A stretch of 64,000 nt of DNA from a bacterium. Its GTDB lineage: Bacteria > Actinomycetota > Acidimicrobiia > Spongiisociales > Spongiisociaceae. Each line of letters opens with the position of its first letter. Positions within the stretch are counted from its first letter, which is position 1. Below the pieces are notes generated by a model. That model saw only the letters and a program-made list of their open reading frames with translations, made no database searches and was not told where the DNA came from. A program made the translations under genes and the position numbers. Shown here piece by piece: positions 1 to 9,480 of this stretch. Location of the stretch: contig JAPPGV010000076.1 of assembly GCA_028821235.1 (NCBI GenBank), positions 32,657-96,656 of the forward strand. The letters are read 5' to 3'.

Positions 1-1085
1 CCGGCCGGGCCCACCATCCAACGGACCTGGGGCTACTCGCACCGGATCCTCCGGAGGTCACGGCCGAGGCATGGATCGTGTACGACGACACCTACGGCCA
101 GGTACTGGCCGAGATGGACGCCGACTCCCGCCGCTCGGTCGCCTCGGTCACCAAGATACTGACCGCTCTGGTGGTGCTCGAGACCGTGGGCGGGGACGAC
201 CTCGTCACCATCACCCATACGGCCGCCTCGGTGGGCGAGTCGGAGATCGGCCTGGTGGCGGGAGAGGCGGCCTGGACGGTCGAGGAGCTCCTGGCAGCCC
301 TGATCCTCCGCAGCGCCAACGATGCGGCTGTGGCGCTTGCCCAGCACGTGGGCGGGTCGGTAGCGGGGTTCGCGGAGTTGATGAACCGGGAGGCCACCCG
401 GCTCGGCCTCACCGACTCCAACTTCGTCAACCCGCACGGCCTCGATCACGCCGACCACTACAGCTCGGCCCGCGACATTCTCCGCATCTCCGTCGCCGCG
501 ATGCAGAGCCCGGCGTTCTCCCGGATCGCCGCCACCCGGAGCTTCAGCCTCCCGCCCACACCGGAAGGGGAGTCGCGGGTGGCCGTCAACCGCAACGACC
601 TGCTCGCCACCTATCCGGGCACGCTCGGCATCAAGACCGGCTACACCGGCCGCGCCCTCCAGACGCTCTCGGCGGTGGCCCAGCGGGATCAACGCCGGAT
701 CTACGTGGTGGTGTTGGGCTCCCAGGATCACTTCGCCGATGTCACCCTGCTGCTCGACTACGGCTTCGGCGGCTTCGGGCCGTTGACCCTGGTCCCGGCC
801 ACATCCGACCTGAGCCGGCCGCTGGCAGGCGGTGTCGCCGCACAGCCCGGTACCGACTTCGAGGTCTTCCCGGCTCGGGCGGAGCAGCCTCCGCCGGATA
901 CCGTGGAGCCGGTGGCCGCCGATGCGCCGGGGACCGGAACCGGCCCGTCCGCTGTCGACCCTGAAGCCGAGGTTCCCGCCGCTCCCGTGACCCAGCGCAT
1001 TGAACGTCAGGTAGAGCTTCCGGGTATCCGCGACGCGCTGGCATGGGTATGGAAGTACTGGCAAGGACTGAGGGGCGAACAATGA
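1..1085 (+). CDS. Serine-type D-Ala-D-Ala carboxypeptidase (PBP5/6 class), 5' end outside window
   Basis: Frame open from nt 3. Penicillin-binding motifs SxxK (SVTK), SxN (SAND) and KTG (IKTGYT). Pro/Ala-rich C-terminal tail. Stop overlaps the hpt start (ATGA at 1082-1085). Confidence 0.85.
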   Translation, partial: GRAHHPTDLGLLAPDPPEVTAEAWIVYDDTYGQVLAEMDADSRRSVASVTKILTALVVLETVGGDDLVTITHTAASVGESEIGLVAGEAAWTVEELLAALILRSANDAAVALAQHVGGSVAGFAELMNREATRLGLTDSNFVNPHGLDHADHYSSARDILRISVAAMQSPAFSRIAATRSFSLPPTPEGESRVAVNRNDLLATYPGTLGIKTGYTGRALQTLSAVAQRDQRRIYVVVLGSQDHFADVTLLLDYGFGGFGPLTLVPATSDLSRPLAGGVAAQPGTDFEVFPARAEQPPPDTVEPVAADAPGTGTGPSAVDPEAEVPAAPVTQRIERQVELPGIRDALAWVWKYWQGLRGEQ

Positions 1086-1648
1086 TCGCTGCGGAGGCGA
1101 TAAGCGAAGGCGACATCACCGAGCGCATCGCGGAGTTGGGAGAACGCATCGCCCACGACTACCGGGGCCTGCGGCCCGTGCTGGTGTGCGTGCTGTCGGG
1201 ATCCCTGGTGTTCCTGGCAGACCTGATCCGCCAGATCCCCATCGAGTGCGAGGCCGACTTTCTCGGGCTGACCAAGTTCGGGGAGGGTGGCCGGGTACGC
1301 GTGGCGATGGACACCGCCACCAATCTCGCCGCCCGTCACGTGCTCATCGTGGAGGACATCGTGGACACCGGCCTCACGCTCCGCCTGCTCCGTCAGATGA
1401 TGGAGGAACGCGATTGCGCCAGCCTCCAGACGGTATCGCTCCTGGACCGGACCACCCGGCGTATCGTTGACGTACCCATCGAGTACCGGGGCTTCGAGGT
1501 TGGGGATGAGTTCCTGGTGGGGTACGGTCTCGACTGGAAGGGCGAGTTCCGCAACCTGCGATCCTTGTGGGCCATCCTCGATTTTGCCTCCTTCGCGGCC
1601 GACCCGTCCGCACTGGTGCCCATTGCAGAGCCGGCTCGTCGTGAATAG
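1082..1648 (+). CDS. hpt: Hypoxanthine phosphoribosyltransferase
   Basis: PRPP-binding loop VLIVEDIVDTGLTL and the FLVGYGLD motif. ATG at 1082 is preferred over the upstream ORF start because it couples to the preceding stop. Confidence 0.9.
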   Translation: MIAAEAISEGDITERIAELGERIAHDYRGLRPVLVCVLSGSLVFLADLIRQIPIECEADFLGLTKFGEGGRVRVAMDTATNLAARHVLIVEDIVDTGLTLRLLRQMMEERDCASLQTVSLLDRTTRRIVDVPIEYRGFEVGDEFLVGYGLDWKGEFRNLRSLWAILDFASFAADPSALVPIAEPARRE

Positions 1649-1657
1649 GCTCGCACC

Positions 1658-2146
1658 ATGAGCGAGTCGGTTCCCATGGATCTCATCGGGGTCAGGATCG
1701 AGTACCCGACCAACCAGCCGATAGTCCTGCTGCGCGAGTCGCACGGTAAGCGCTTTCTCGCCATCTGGATCGGGGCCATGGAAGCCACCGCCATCGCCTA
1801 CGCCCTCGAGGGCGTCGACACCCCCCGCCCGTTCACCCACGACCTGCTGCGGATCACGACCGAGGTCTTGGGGGGACAGGTGACCCGGGTGACGGTGACC
1901 GAGCTACGGGACAGCGTCTACTACGCAGACCTGGTTCTCTCACGGGACGGTGAGGAGATCCATGTCAGCTCCCGCCCCTCCGACGCCATCGCCCTGGCCG
2001 CCCGTACCGGAGCGCCGGTATTCGCCACTCCGGAGGTCCTTGACGACGCCGGCATCGAGATCAAGGACGATCACCAGGAGGCGGAGGTGGAAGCGTTCCG
2101 GGAGTTCCTCGAAGATCTCTCGCCCGAGGACTTCAGAACCGGCTAG
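1658..2146 (+). CDS. Bifunctional nuclease family protein (DUF151)
   Basis: N-terminal pattern VRIEYPTNQPIVLLRE...RFLAIWIGAMEATAIAYALEG...RPFTHDLL is typical of DUF151/BFN. Acidic C-terminal tail. Confidence 0.8.
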   Translation: MSESVPMDLIGVRIEYPTNQPIVLLRESHGKRFLAIWIGAMEATAIAYALEGVDTPRPFTHDLLRITTEVLGGQVTRVTVTELRDSVYYADLVLSRDGEEIHVSSRPSDAIALAARTGAPVFATPEVLDDAGIEIKDDHQEAEVEAFREFLEDLSPEDFRTG

Positions 2147-2200
2147 TCATCCCGACCCGGGAAACCCGCGCCCGGGCGGCTGGTATCCCATCGGAAACCG

Positions 2201-2255
2201 TTGGAACATGGCTCCCGATGGTCTATCGTACGGCTCGCAAACAGGTAATTACCTG
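2201..2255 (+). promoter_or_regulatory. Putative promoter (TTGGAA-17 nt-TATCGT) followed by a perfect 14-bp palindrome CAGGTAATTACCTG upstream of the MerR gene
   Basis: -35-like 2201-2206, -10-like 2224-2229, palindrome 2242-2255. MerR regulators commonly autoregulate through palindromes. Sequence-only inference. Confidence 0.35.
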
Positions 2256-2315
2256 GCTGTAATGACCAGGTGATACGGGTCGGCTTCGACCCACCGGGGA
2301 GGGAGCCCCGTTCCG

Positions 2316-2843
2316 ATGGACCGAGATACCAACACCGAGGACCCGACCGTGGGGATGGAGGGCTACCGGGCGCCCCAGGTTTGCAAGCTGGCCGGCATCA
2401 CCTATCGACAGCTCGACTACTGGGACCGCACCGAGTTGCTGCAGCCTTCATTGATAGCGGCGCAGGGATCCGGGACCCAGCGGCTCTACTCCTTCTCCGA
2501 CCTCGTCCGGCTACGGGTCATCAAGGGTCTCCTCGACACAGGCCTCCACCTCAACCGGATCCGGCAGGCGGTCGAATGGCTCCGCGAGCAGGAGATCGAC
2601 CAGCCGCTCTCCGAAGCCAACCTGATCAGCGACGGCGCCACCATCCTGGCCAGCTTCGACCGCGAGGGAACCCAGGAGTACCTGATGGACGCTCTCCAAC
2701 GCGGTCAGGGAGTATTCGCCATCGCCGTGGGGCGGATTCAACGTGACCTCGAGGGTGAGTTGCTGGACTTCGCTCCGAGCGCGGTGCAGGCCGAGCTCCC
2801 TTTTGCTGAGCTCCAATCCGATCCCGAGGCGGCCACCAGCTGA
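2316..2843 (+). CDS. MerR family transcriptional regulator
   Basis: N-terminal HTH YRAPQVCKLAGITYRQLDYWDR...LYSFSDLVRLRVIKGL matches the MerR HTH pattern. Confidence 0.85.
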   Translation: MDRDTNTEDPTVGMEGYRAPQVCKLAGITYRQLDYWDRTELLQPSLIAAQGSGTQRLYSFSDLVRLRVIKGLLDTGLHLNRIRQAVEWLREQEIDQPLSEANLISDGATILASFDREGTQEYLMDALQRGQGVFAIAVGRIQRDLEGELLDFAPSAVQAELPFAELQSDPEAATS

Positions 2844-2941
2844 CCTCCTCCGGCCCGAGTCCGGTCACATCTTCCCCTAGAGGCGTCGCCTTCGCCCACC
2901 ACAGCGAGATCCAGTTCGCCCGGCTGCTCGACTTCTACCAC

Positions 2942-3292
2942 GTGCGCTGGGAGTACGAGCCCCGGTCGTTCCCCATCCAATGGGACGACGATGGCCGGCC
3001 CACCAAGAGCTTCACCCCTGACTTCTACCTGCCGGACGAGGACGTCTTCGTGGAGATCACCACCATGAAGCAGAGCCTGGTCACCAAGAAGAAGCGCAAG
3101 GTCCGCCTGTTCCGGGCCCGGTATCCCGACGTGGACATCCGGCTGCTGTACCGGCGGGACTACCTGCACCTGGTCTACAAGTACGGCCTCGACTCCGCGC
3201 CACCGTCCGGATCCGCGCTGGTCCCGACCCGTCACACCGGGCCACCGCTCGTGACCCGGCTGACCGATAGGGCCCGGAGCATGTCCGGGTAG
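2942..3292 (+). CDS. Conserved hypothetical protein
   Basis: Coding-like ORF (WEYEPRSFPIQWDDDGRPTKSFTPDFYLPDEDVFVEITTMKQ). The frame is open further upstream (..AFAHHSEIQFARLLDFYH) with no ATG/GTG/TTG there, so the true start is uncertain. Confidence 0.55.
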   Translation: MRWEYEPRSFPIQWDDDGRPTKSFTPDFYLPDEDVFVEITTMKQSLVTKKKRKVRLFRARYPDVDIRLLYRRDYLHLVYKYGLDSAPPSGSALVPTRHTGPPLVTRLTDRARSMSG

Positions 3293-3418
3293 AGGGAGCC
3301 CACGCTCCTGGTGGTCTTCGGCCGGACAACCCTGGCGCCGCCTCACGGACAGACCGTTAGAGTGGCGGCCAGACTCGTGGCCACGGACCACTCCGGCTCC
3401 CAGGCAAGGTATCTTCGT

Positions 3419-4249
3419 ATGACCGCCCCGCCCGCCACCAGCATGGAGATCGTCACCACCCGCGGCGGTGTCACCGAGTTGCGCCGCCGATGGGAAGCCG
3501 AGGATCCATGGGCCTCCCTCCTGATCGTCCACGGCTTGGCAGAGCACTCGGGGCGCTACCGGAACGTCGGCGCCCGGTTGGCGGCAGCCGGTATCGACAC
3601 CCACGCCTTCGACCTCATGGGCTTCGGAGCGTCAGGGGGGACCCGGGCCGACGTAGCGCACTGGCACACCTACCTGTTCCAGCTGTCGGACAACCTGGCC
3701 CGGTTGCCGGACCGTGGCCTTCCGAGAGTGGTGCTGGGCCACTCCGTCGGGGGCCTGCTCACCATCGACTACGCCATGTCGCGCCATCGCCAACCCGATC
3801 TGGTGGTCCTCAATGCGCCCGCCGTGGACGCGGTAGTGCCGGCCTGGAAACGGAGGGCCTCCCCAATCCTGGCCGGGCTGGTTCCCACCCTGACCCTCGC
3901 CAACCCGATAGACCCCTACCAGATATTCAGTGACCCCGCCACAACCGCCGGCTACCTCGCCGACCCACTGCTGGAACCCCGCACCACGGTCCGGCTGGGC
4001 GCCCACCTGCTCAGCGCCATGGACCGGGTCACCGCATCCGTCGACCGCTTCACCGCCCCCTGCCTGCTGACGCACGGCGCGGACGACACTCTCGTGCCAC
4101 CGGCAACGAGCGTCGCGCTGGGTCGGCTTCCCAACGTCGAGCGGCGACTGTACCCGGGCACCCGGCACGCCTCCCTGCAGGAGCCGGCAGGCGGGATGAT
4201 CCTTGATGACATCGTGGCATGGATCCGGGCCATGACCGGGAACTCCTAG
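3419..4249 (+). CDS. Alpha/beta hydrolase (lysophospholipase / monoacylglycerol lipase-like)
   Basis: Oxyanion HG (LLIVHGLAEHSGRY) and nucleophile elbow GHSVGG. Internal ATG at 3419 chosen as start. Confidence 0.8.
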   Translation: MTAPPATSMEIVTTRGGVTELRRRWEAEDPWASLLIVHGLAEHSGRYRNVGARLAAAGIDTHAFDLMGFGASGGTRADVAHWHTYLFQLSDNLARLPDRGLPRVVLGHSVGGLLTIDYAMSRHRQPDLVVLNAPAVDAVVPAWKRRASPILAGLVPTLTLANPIDPYQIFSDPATTAGYLADPLLEPRTTVRLGAHLLSAMDRVTASVDRFTAPCLLTHGADDTLVPPATSVALGRLPNVERRLYPGTRHASLQEPAGGMILDDIVAWIRAMTGNS

Positions 4250-4261
4250 AAGCCCGTCAGC

Positions 4262-5239
4262 ATGATGCGCCGCACAGCGACCGTACTGCCCGCCCGCGCC
4301 AGAGGAATCCTGCTGGTGGCCGCCGCCGGGACCCTGTGGAGCACCCTCGGCCTCGGCGTTCGGATCATGGACACCGCCACCATCTGGCAGATCCTGTTCT
4401 ACCGGGCCATCGCCCAGGTAATAGTGATAGGCGCCTGGGTGGCCATGCGGCGGGGACGCGGGTTCGCCCGCTCGTTCATGGACATCGGCGCCGACGGGGT
4501 CATCGCCGGCGCCTCCATCTCCATGTCCTCGATCGCGTTCGTGTACGCCCTCAGGCTCACCACGGTGGCGGAGGTGGTGTTCCTCTTCAGCATGGCGCCG
4601 GTCCTGGCGGGGCTGCTGGGATGGGTGGTGTTGCGAGACCCCATCACCCGGATCACCTGGCTGGCGATGGCGTTGGTGCTGGCCGGGATCGCCGTGATGA
4701 ACGGCCCGGCCGGGTCGGCGGGGGTCTCGGCGGGGACCTTCCTGGCCTTCCTGTCTGCACTCGGATTCGCTTCGTTCACGGTGCTGCAACGCCGCCGCAG
4801 GCATGTCGACATGTTGCCGGCCATCGCCGTGTCGGGCCTGATCACGGCGGCGGCCACGGCATGGCTCATCGGCGGCACCGTCCCGGGCCCCCGCGACCTG
4901 GCGGTCGCTTTCTGGCTGGGAGGAGTCGCCCTGGCCGGTGGGTTGGCGCTGTACACGGTCGGGGCGCGCTACGTGAGGCCTGCCGAGTCGGTGCTCATAT
5001 CGATGACCGAGGTCGTGCTGGCGCCGCTCTGGGTGTGGTGGATATTCGACGAGACGGCGGGCGTCGCCACCCTGGCGGGCGGTGCTGTCGTGCTTACCGG
5101 CGTGCTGATCCAGGCGCTGGGCAGCGAATCCAACTCCCGGGGCCGGCGGGGGCAGCCGGGAGACACGCCGGACCGGGCTACCCCTCGACGTCGCCTTCGC
5201 CGACGTCCGGAGCCGGCCGCAGCTCCTCCGCCGCCGTAG
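4262..5239 (+). CDS. DMT superfamily (EamA-like) transporter
   Basis: About ten hydrophobic segments in two halves, typical EamA duplication. Basic/Pro-rich tail. Confidence 0.75.
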   Translation: MMRRTATVLPARARGILLVAAAGTLWSTLGLGVRIMDTATIWQILFYRAIAQVIVIGAWVAMRRGRGFARSFMDIGADGVIAGASISMSSIAFVYALRLTTVAEVVFLFSMAPVLAGLLGWVVLRDPITRITWLAMALVLAGIAVMNGPAGSAGVSAGTFLAFLSALGFASFTVLQRRRRHVDMLPAIAVSGLITAAATAWLIGGTVPGPRDLAVAFWLGGVALAGGLALYTVGARYVRPAESVLISMTEVVLAPLWVWWIFDETAGVATLAGGAVVLTGVLIQALGSESNSRGRRGQPGDTPDRATPRRRLRRRPEPAAAPPPP

Positions 5240-5933
5240 CCACCTGGCCGACGAGAAGACCGAACTCGAAGGCAGCCGTCTCGAAGGCCAGCAGGCCGGC
5301 GCGACGGGTCTCCCCGGTGTCGGTCGACTCCAGGCCCTCCTGCATGGTCTCGGCCGCCGAGACGAGGGCGGCGACGGAGCCGGCCAGACCCTGCTGGAGT
5401 CGGGTATTGATCCCCGGTGGCGTAGCCACCCGAGCCAGCCGGGCGGGAAGGACGCTCACCCGGGAGACCAGAGCGCCCATCTGCTGGACCGCCGCGTCGT
5501 ATTCGAGGCTGCCGCTGTCCCACCCGTCGTTGATCTGCCGCCCGGTGTCCATTGCATCCGCCACGTCCAGGGCCAGCAGCGAGATCTCATCTGCGTACAA
5601 CCGCAGGGCCGCCGCGTCGCGCTCCACGGATGTGGTCTCGACGACAGGCTCCGGGGCCTCCGAGGAGTCACGGCTGGTCAGGGTTCGGAGCCCGAGCACC
5701 AGGGCGACCACCACCGCGAGGATCAGGCCGATCCGCCGCATGGAGCCCGGGCCGGAAGCGAAACGTCCCGGCCGGGTGGAGGGTTCGGGCCGTCCGATCC
5801 GGTGACGGCACGACCGGCAGATGGAGGTATCGGATATCCACTGCTGGCCGCACTGGGGACAGAAGCGCGGTTCGCCCTCCCGGGAGCCCGCCGCAGCCCG
5901 AGTCTCGCCGGACTCCGATCGGGGCGTGACCAT
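5178..5933 (-). CDS. Zinc-ribbon, single-pass membrane protein
   Basis: FCPQCGQQW...CRSCRH zinc ribbon, TM helix IGLILAVVVALVLGL, extracytoplasmic helical domain. Start at internal Met (5933) avoids overlap with mshD. Confidence 0.55.
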   Translation of the reverse strand: MVTPRSESGETRAAAGSREGEPRFCPQCGQQWISDTSICRSCRHRIGRPEPSTRPGRFASGPGSMRRIGLILAVVVALVLGLRTLTSRDSSEAPEPVVETTSVERDAAALRLYADEISLLALDVADAMDTGRQINDGWDSGSLEYDAAVQQMGALVSRVSVLPARLARVATPPGINTRLQQGLAGSVAALVSAAETMQEGLESTDTGETRRAGLLAFETAAFEFGLLVGQVATAAEELRPAPDVGEGDVEG

Positions 5934-6094
5934 CGCATCGGTAACCGGCACCTGCTCGGCTCGGCGGACTCCCGACCAGCGGGAGTCTCCCGGACGGCGG
6001 GTACCCTCCGGCGGCTTCCGATCATCCGACCAGGTCACGGCACTAACCCTCCGACGCCAACTCTCCCGGAGGATAGTTGTACCCTCGGGCGCCA

Positions 6095-6979
6095 ATGGAG
6101 GTACGTCCCGCTTTGCCCGGCGAACTCGGAGACCAGTTGGCGGATCTCATCGCCACGGTCACCGAGAAGCAGGGGGCCCCGCCTTTCGGAGAGGTCCTGC
6201 GAGCAGCCATGCGCGACCCCGACGGGGGAGGCCTCGGCTACGCCGCGCGGTCGCACGGAAGGCTCGTCTCGTACGCCTTCGCCGCCGCCAACCCCGACGG
6301 ACGGGTCTGGACGCTGGAGGTGGCCGACGGCTCCGGGCAGCAGGATCGGTTTCTGGGTGACGTGGCCCGCGGCCTGGATGCCGCCGGGATCGAGGAAACG
6401 GTCCTATGGCTCCACGCCCCGGACATCGAGCCGCCACCGGCGCTCTTCACCCATGAACGCGACCTGTACCGGATGGCGGTGAGACTTCCCGTTCCCGGCA
6501 TCGCCCGGCCCCCGGCGGGCGTCCGCTTCGCCGGCTTCGACGTCCGGCGGGATGCCCGGGCCCTGATCGAAGTCAACAACCGGGCCTTCGACGGTCATCC
6601 CGAGCAGGGCGAATGGTCGCTACAGGACCTGGAGCGGCGCACCTCGCTGCCGTGGTTCGATCCGCGCGGAGTACGTACCGGCTGGATCGACCACCGGCTG
6701 GTCGCATTCCACTGGACCAAGGTCCACGACACGCCGGCTCCCGACGGGGGCGCCCTGGGCGAGATCTACGTTCTGGCGGTCGATCCCGCCTTCCTCGGCC
6801 GGGGACTGGGCGGCGCCATCGCACTTGAAGGGCTCGACTACCTCTCGCGCCACAGGAGAGCCACCAGAGCGATCCTCTACGTGGACTCGGCCAACATCGC
6901 CGCTGTGAAGCTCTACCGGCGCCTCGGCTTCGCAACCGAACACACCGACCGCGCCTACCGAAGGGCTCGAAGTGGTTGA
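6095..6979 (+). CDS. mshD: Mycothiol synthase (tandem GNAT)
   Basis: Two GNAT halves. C-terminal block EIYVLAVDPAFLGRGLGGAI...LYVDSANIAAVKLYRRLGF is typical of MshD. Confidence 0.8.
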   Translation: MEVRPALPGELGDQLADLIATVTEKQGAPPFGEVLRAAMRDPDGGGLGYAARSHGRLVSYAFAAANPDGRVWTLEVADGSGQQDRFLGDVARGLDAAGIEETVLWLHAPDIEPPPALFTHERDLYRMAVRLPVPGIARPPAGVRFAGFDVRRDARALIEVNNRAFDGHPEQGEWSLQDLERRTSLPWFDPRGVRTGWIDHRLVAFHWTKVHDTPAPDGGALGEIYVLAVDPAFLGRGLGGAIALEGLDYLSRHRRATRAILYVDSANIAAVKLYRRLGFATEHTDRAYRRARSG

Positions 6980-7039
6980 CTCCGAGTGCTTGGCGGATTA
7001 CCGGATTACGATGGCGCCGCCACCTGCCCGGACCCGGTT

Positions 7040-8974
7040 ATGACTATTGAACTGATTCTCCCCGACCAAACCCTGATCCGCCACGAGGCCGGAGTGACCG
7101 GACTCCGGGTGGCCGGATCGATCGGCCCGCGCCTGGCCGCTGCGGCCGTCGCGGTCTCGGTCGACGGCGTCCTGATGGACCTGGAGCAGCCGATCCATGC
7201 CGGGGGGCGGTTCGCGGTAATCACCCCGGAGTCGGAGGAGGGCCGCCATGTCCTCCGTCACTCGGCCGCCCACATAATGGCCCAGGCGGTGCTCGGACTC
7301 TTCGAGGGCGCCACCTTCGCCATCGGACCCGCCATCACCGACGGCTTCTACTACGACTTCGACATCGGACGACCGTTCACACCCGACGACCTGGACGCCA
7401 TCGAAGAGGAGATGGAGCGCATCGTCGCGGCCGATCAGCCCTTCGTCCGGGAAGAGATGTCGCGGGCCGCGGGACTGGACCTGTTCCGCGAGCACCCCTA
7501 CAAGCTCGAGATAATCCGCTCGGTAGACGAGTCGGAGGTCGAATCCGGGGACGTGGTGTCCGTTTACCGGAACGAGGGGTTCGTGGACCTGTGCCGGGGC
7601 CCACACTTACCTTCAACCGGAAGGTTGAAGGCCTTCAAACTGACCCGCACAGCGGGGGCATACTGGCGGGGGGACGAGAAACGTCCCCAACTCCAGCGCA
7701 TCTACGGGACCGCCTGGGAGTCGGGCAAGGCGCTGCGGACCTATCTCCACCGGATCGAGGAAGCGGCACGCCGGGACCACCGCAAGCTGGGCCGCGAACT
7801 CGACCTGTTCTCGTTCCCGGACGGCCTCGGCCCGGGCCTGGCGGTATGGCACCCGAAGGGCGGGATGCTGAGGCGCCTCGCCGAGGACTACAGCCGGCGC
7901 ATCCACGAGGCCTTCGGCTTCGACTTCGTCTTCTCACCCCACCTGGCCAGGGCCGATCTCTGGCAGACGTCAGGCCACCTGGACTTCTATGCGGAGAACA
8001 TGTACCCCGGCCTGGAAATAGACCAGGGTGACGAGTACCGCGTGAAGCCCATGAACTGCCCGTTCCACGTTCTGATCTACCGCTCGGACGCCCGTTCGTA
8101 CCGGGACCTGCCCATGCGGCTCTCCGAGTTGGGCGCCGTGTACCGCTACGAGCGGTCGGGCGTGGTCCACGGCTTGCTCCGGGCGCGCGGGTTCACCCAG
8201 GACGACTCGCACACCTTCTGCACCCGCGACCAGGTCCCGTCCGAGCTGCAGCTCCACCTCGACTTCGTGCTCCGCCTCCTCCGGGACTTCGGCTTCGACG
8301 AATTCCAGGCCGATCTCTCGACCCGTCCGGGAGAGAAATGGGTCGGGGAACCGGAGTTGTGGGCGTTGGCCGAAGAGTCGCTCGGGGAAGCGCTCGCAAA
8401 GGCCGGCGTCCCGCACCGCGTGGCGGAAGGCGAGGGCGCCTTCTACGGCCCCAAGATCGACGTGCATGTCAATGACGCCATCGGGCGCCGCTGGCAGATG
8501 TCCACCATCCAGGTGGACTTCTCCCTCCCGGAGCGGTTCGGCCTCGAATACGTCACTCCCGCCGACACGAGGGAGCGGCCCGTCATGATCCACGCCGCCA
8601 AGTTCGGCTCGGTGGAGCGCTTCCTGGGCGTGCTGGTCGAGCACTACGCCGGCGCCATGCCGATGTGGCTGGCGCCCGTCCAAGCCGTGGTCGTGCCGGT
8701 CGCCGACCGTCATGACGGCTACGCCGGCCGGGTTGCGGGCAAGCTCCGGGACGGGGGCCTACGGGTCGAGTCCGCCTCGGGACCGGGCAAGCTGGGGGAG
8801 AAGATCCGCTCGGCCATCACGGGGAAGGTCCCGGCGATCCTGGTGGTGGGCGACCAGGATGCCGCAAACGACACGGTCGGCCTTCGCCTCCGGTCGGAGA
8901 AGAAAGAGAGGCGGGGCGTTCCGATGGACGAGGCACTGGCCGAGCTGGTCGATGCCGCCCGGCCTCCCGGCTGA
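7040..8974 (+). CDS. thrS: Threonine--tRNA ligase
   Basis: TGS-like N-terminus, HxxxH editing motif (HSAAHIMAQA), class II core (KPMNCPFH, YRYERSG, GFTQDDSH) and anticodon-binding C-terminus. Confidence 0.95.
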   Translation: MTIELILPDQTLIRHEAGVTGLRVAGSIGPRLAAAAVAVSVDGVLMDLEQPIHAGGRFAVITPESEEGRHVLRHSAAHIMAQAVLGLFEGATFAIGPAITDGFYYDFDIGRPFTPDDLDAIEEEMERIVAADQPFVREEMSRAAGLDLFREHPYKLEIIRSVDESEVESGDVVSVYRNEGFVDLCRGPHLPSTGRLKAFKLTRTAGAYWRGDEKRPQLQRIYGTAWESGKALRTYLHRIEEAARRDHRKLGRELDLFSFPDGLGPGLAVWHPKGGMLRRLAEDYSRRIHEAFGFDFVFSPHLARADLWQTSGHLDFYAENMYPGLEIDQGDEYRVKPMNCPFHVLIYRSDARSYRDLPMRLSELGAVYRYERSGVVHGLLRARGFTQDDSHTFCTRDQVPSELQLHLDFVLRLLRDFGFDEFQADLSTRPGEKWVGEPELWALAEESLGEALAKAGVPHRVAEGEGAFYGPKIDVHVNDAIGRRWQMSTIQVDFSLPERFGLEYVTPADTRERPVMIHAAKFGSVERFLGVLVEHYAGAMPMWLAPVQAVVVPVADRHDGYAGRVAGKLRDGGLRVESASGPGKLGEKIRSAITGKVPAILVVGDQDAANDTVGLRLRSEKKERRGVPMDEALAELVDAARPPG

Positions 8975-8985
8975 ACGTACTCCTC

Positions 8986-9002
8986 GAGCCCCCGCCGGGC
9001 TC
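8986..9002. terminator. Short GC hairpin between convergent thrS and the 9001-9480 gene
   Basis: GAGCCC-CCGCC-GGGCTC, 6-bp stem. No U-tract, so only a weak candidate. Confidence 0.3.
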
Positions 9003-9480
9003 AGCCGGGTTGCTCCAGTTGCTCCGTGTAGACCTCGTCGACGCTGTGCCCGCTGACCGCGTCGATCCGTACCAGTGCCCGCGCCAGCGGCGGGTCCTCC
9101 GCCGAGTACAGGATGAGGTTCCAGACCGGGCGCGACCGACCTCCTACGAACCCGAGGGCCGCCGAGGCGTGGCCCACCGGAAACGGAGCCACGGCTGCAG
9201 CCATGTCCAGCGCCCGCTCCTGGCCAATCACCAGCGGCCAGGCCGTGCGGTAATGAACGTAGGCGAGTGCCAGCAGCCCGATCGCGACCACCCACAGGCC
9301 GGCGCCGAGGTTGGCCAGCGCCCCGAACACGGCCAGCAGCCCCGCGGCCAGGTAGATGCGGGCGCCGATCCGGCGCCGGGACGGGGACGGGAACCGGTAC
9401 GGACCCAGCTGCCCGGAGTCGAGATCGTCCGGGACACCCGCTTCCCTGGCCACCTCGGCGGGAATGCGGATTCCCTCCAT
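9001..9480 (-). CDS. Two-TM membrane protein, translationally coupled to gltA
   Basis: Only the last 159 aa of ORF 9001-10434 look real (MEGIRIPAEV...). Two hydrophobic helices followed by a soluble domain. Its ATG overlaps the gltA stop (ATGA at 9477-9480 on the minus strand). Confidence 0.6.
   Translation of the reverse strand: MEGIRIPAEVAREAGVPDDLDSGQLGPYRFPSPSRRRIGARIYLAAGLLAVFGALANLGAGLWVVAIGLLALAYVHYRTAWPLVIGQERALDMAAAVAPFPVGHASAALGFVGGRSRPVWNLILYSAEDPPLARALVRIDAVSGHSVDEVYTEQLEQPG

Noticed and set aside
33-1082. 349-aa minus-strand ORF opposite the PBP gene
   Set aside because: Arg/Gly/Pro-rich shadow ORF, typical of the antisense strand of high-GC genes. The plus-strand frame has clear SxxK/SxN/KTG motifs.
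3632-4804. 390-aa minus-strand ORF spanning the hydrolase and DMT genes
   Set aside because: Low-complexity (R/G/P/H-rich) antisense shadow that crosses two well-supported plus-strand genes.
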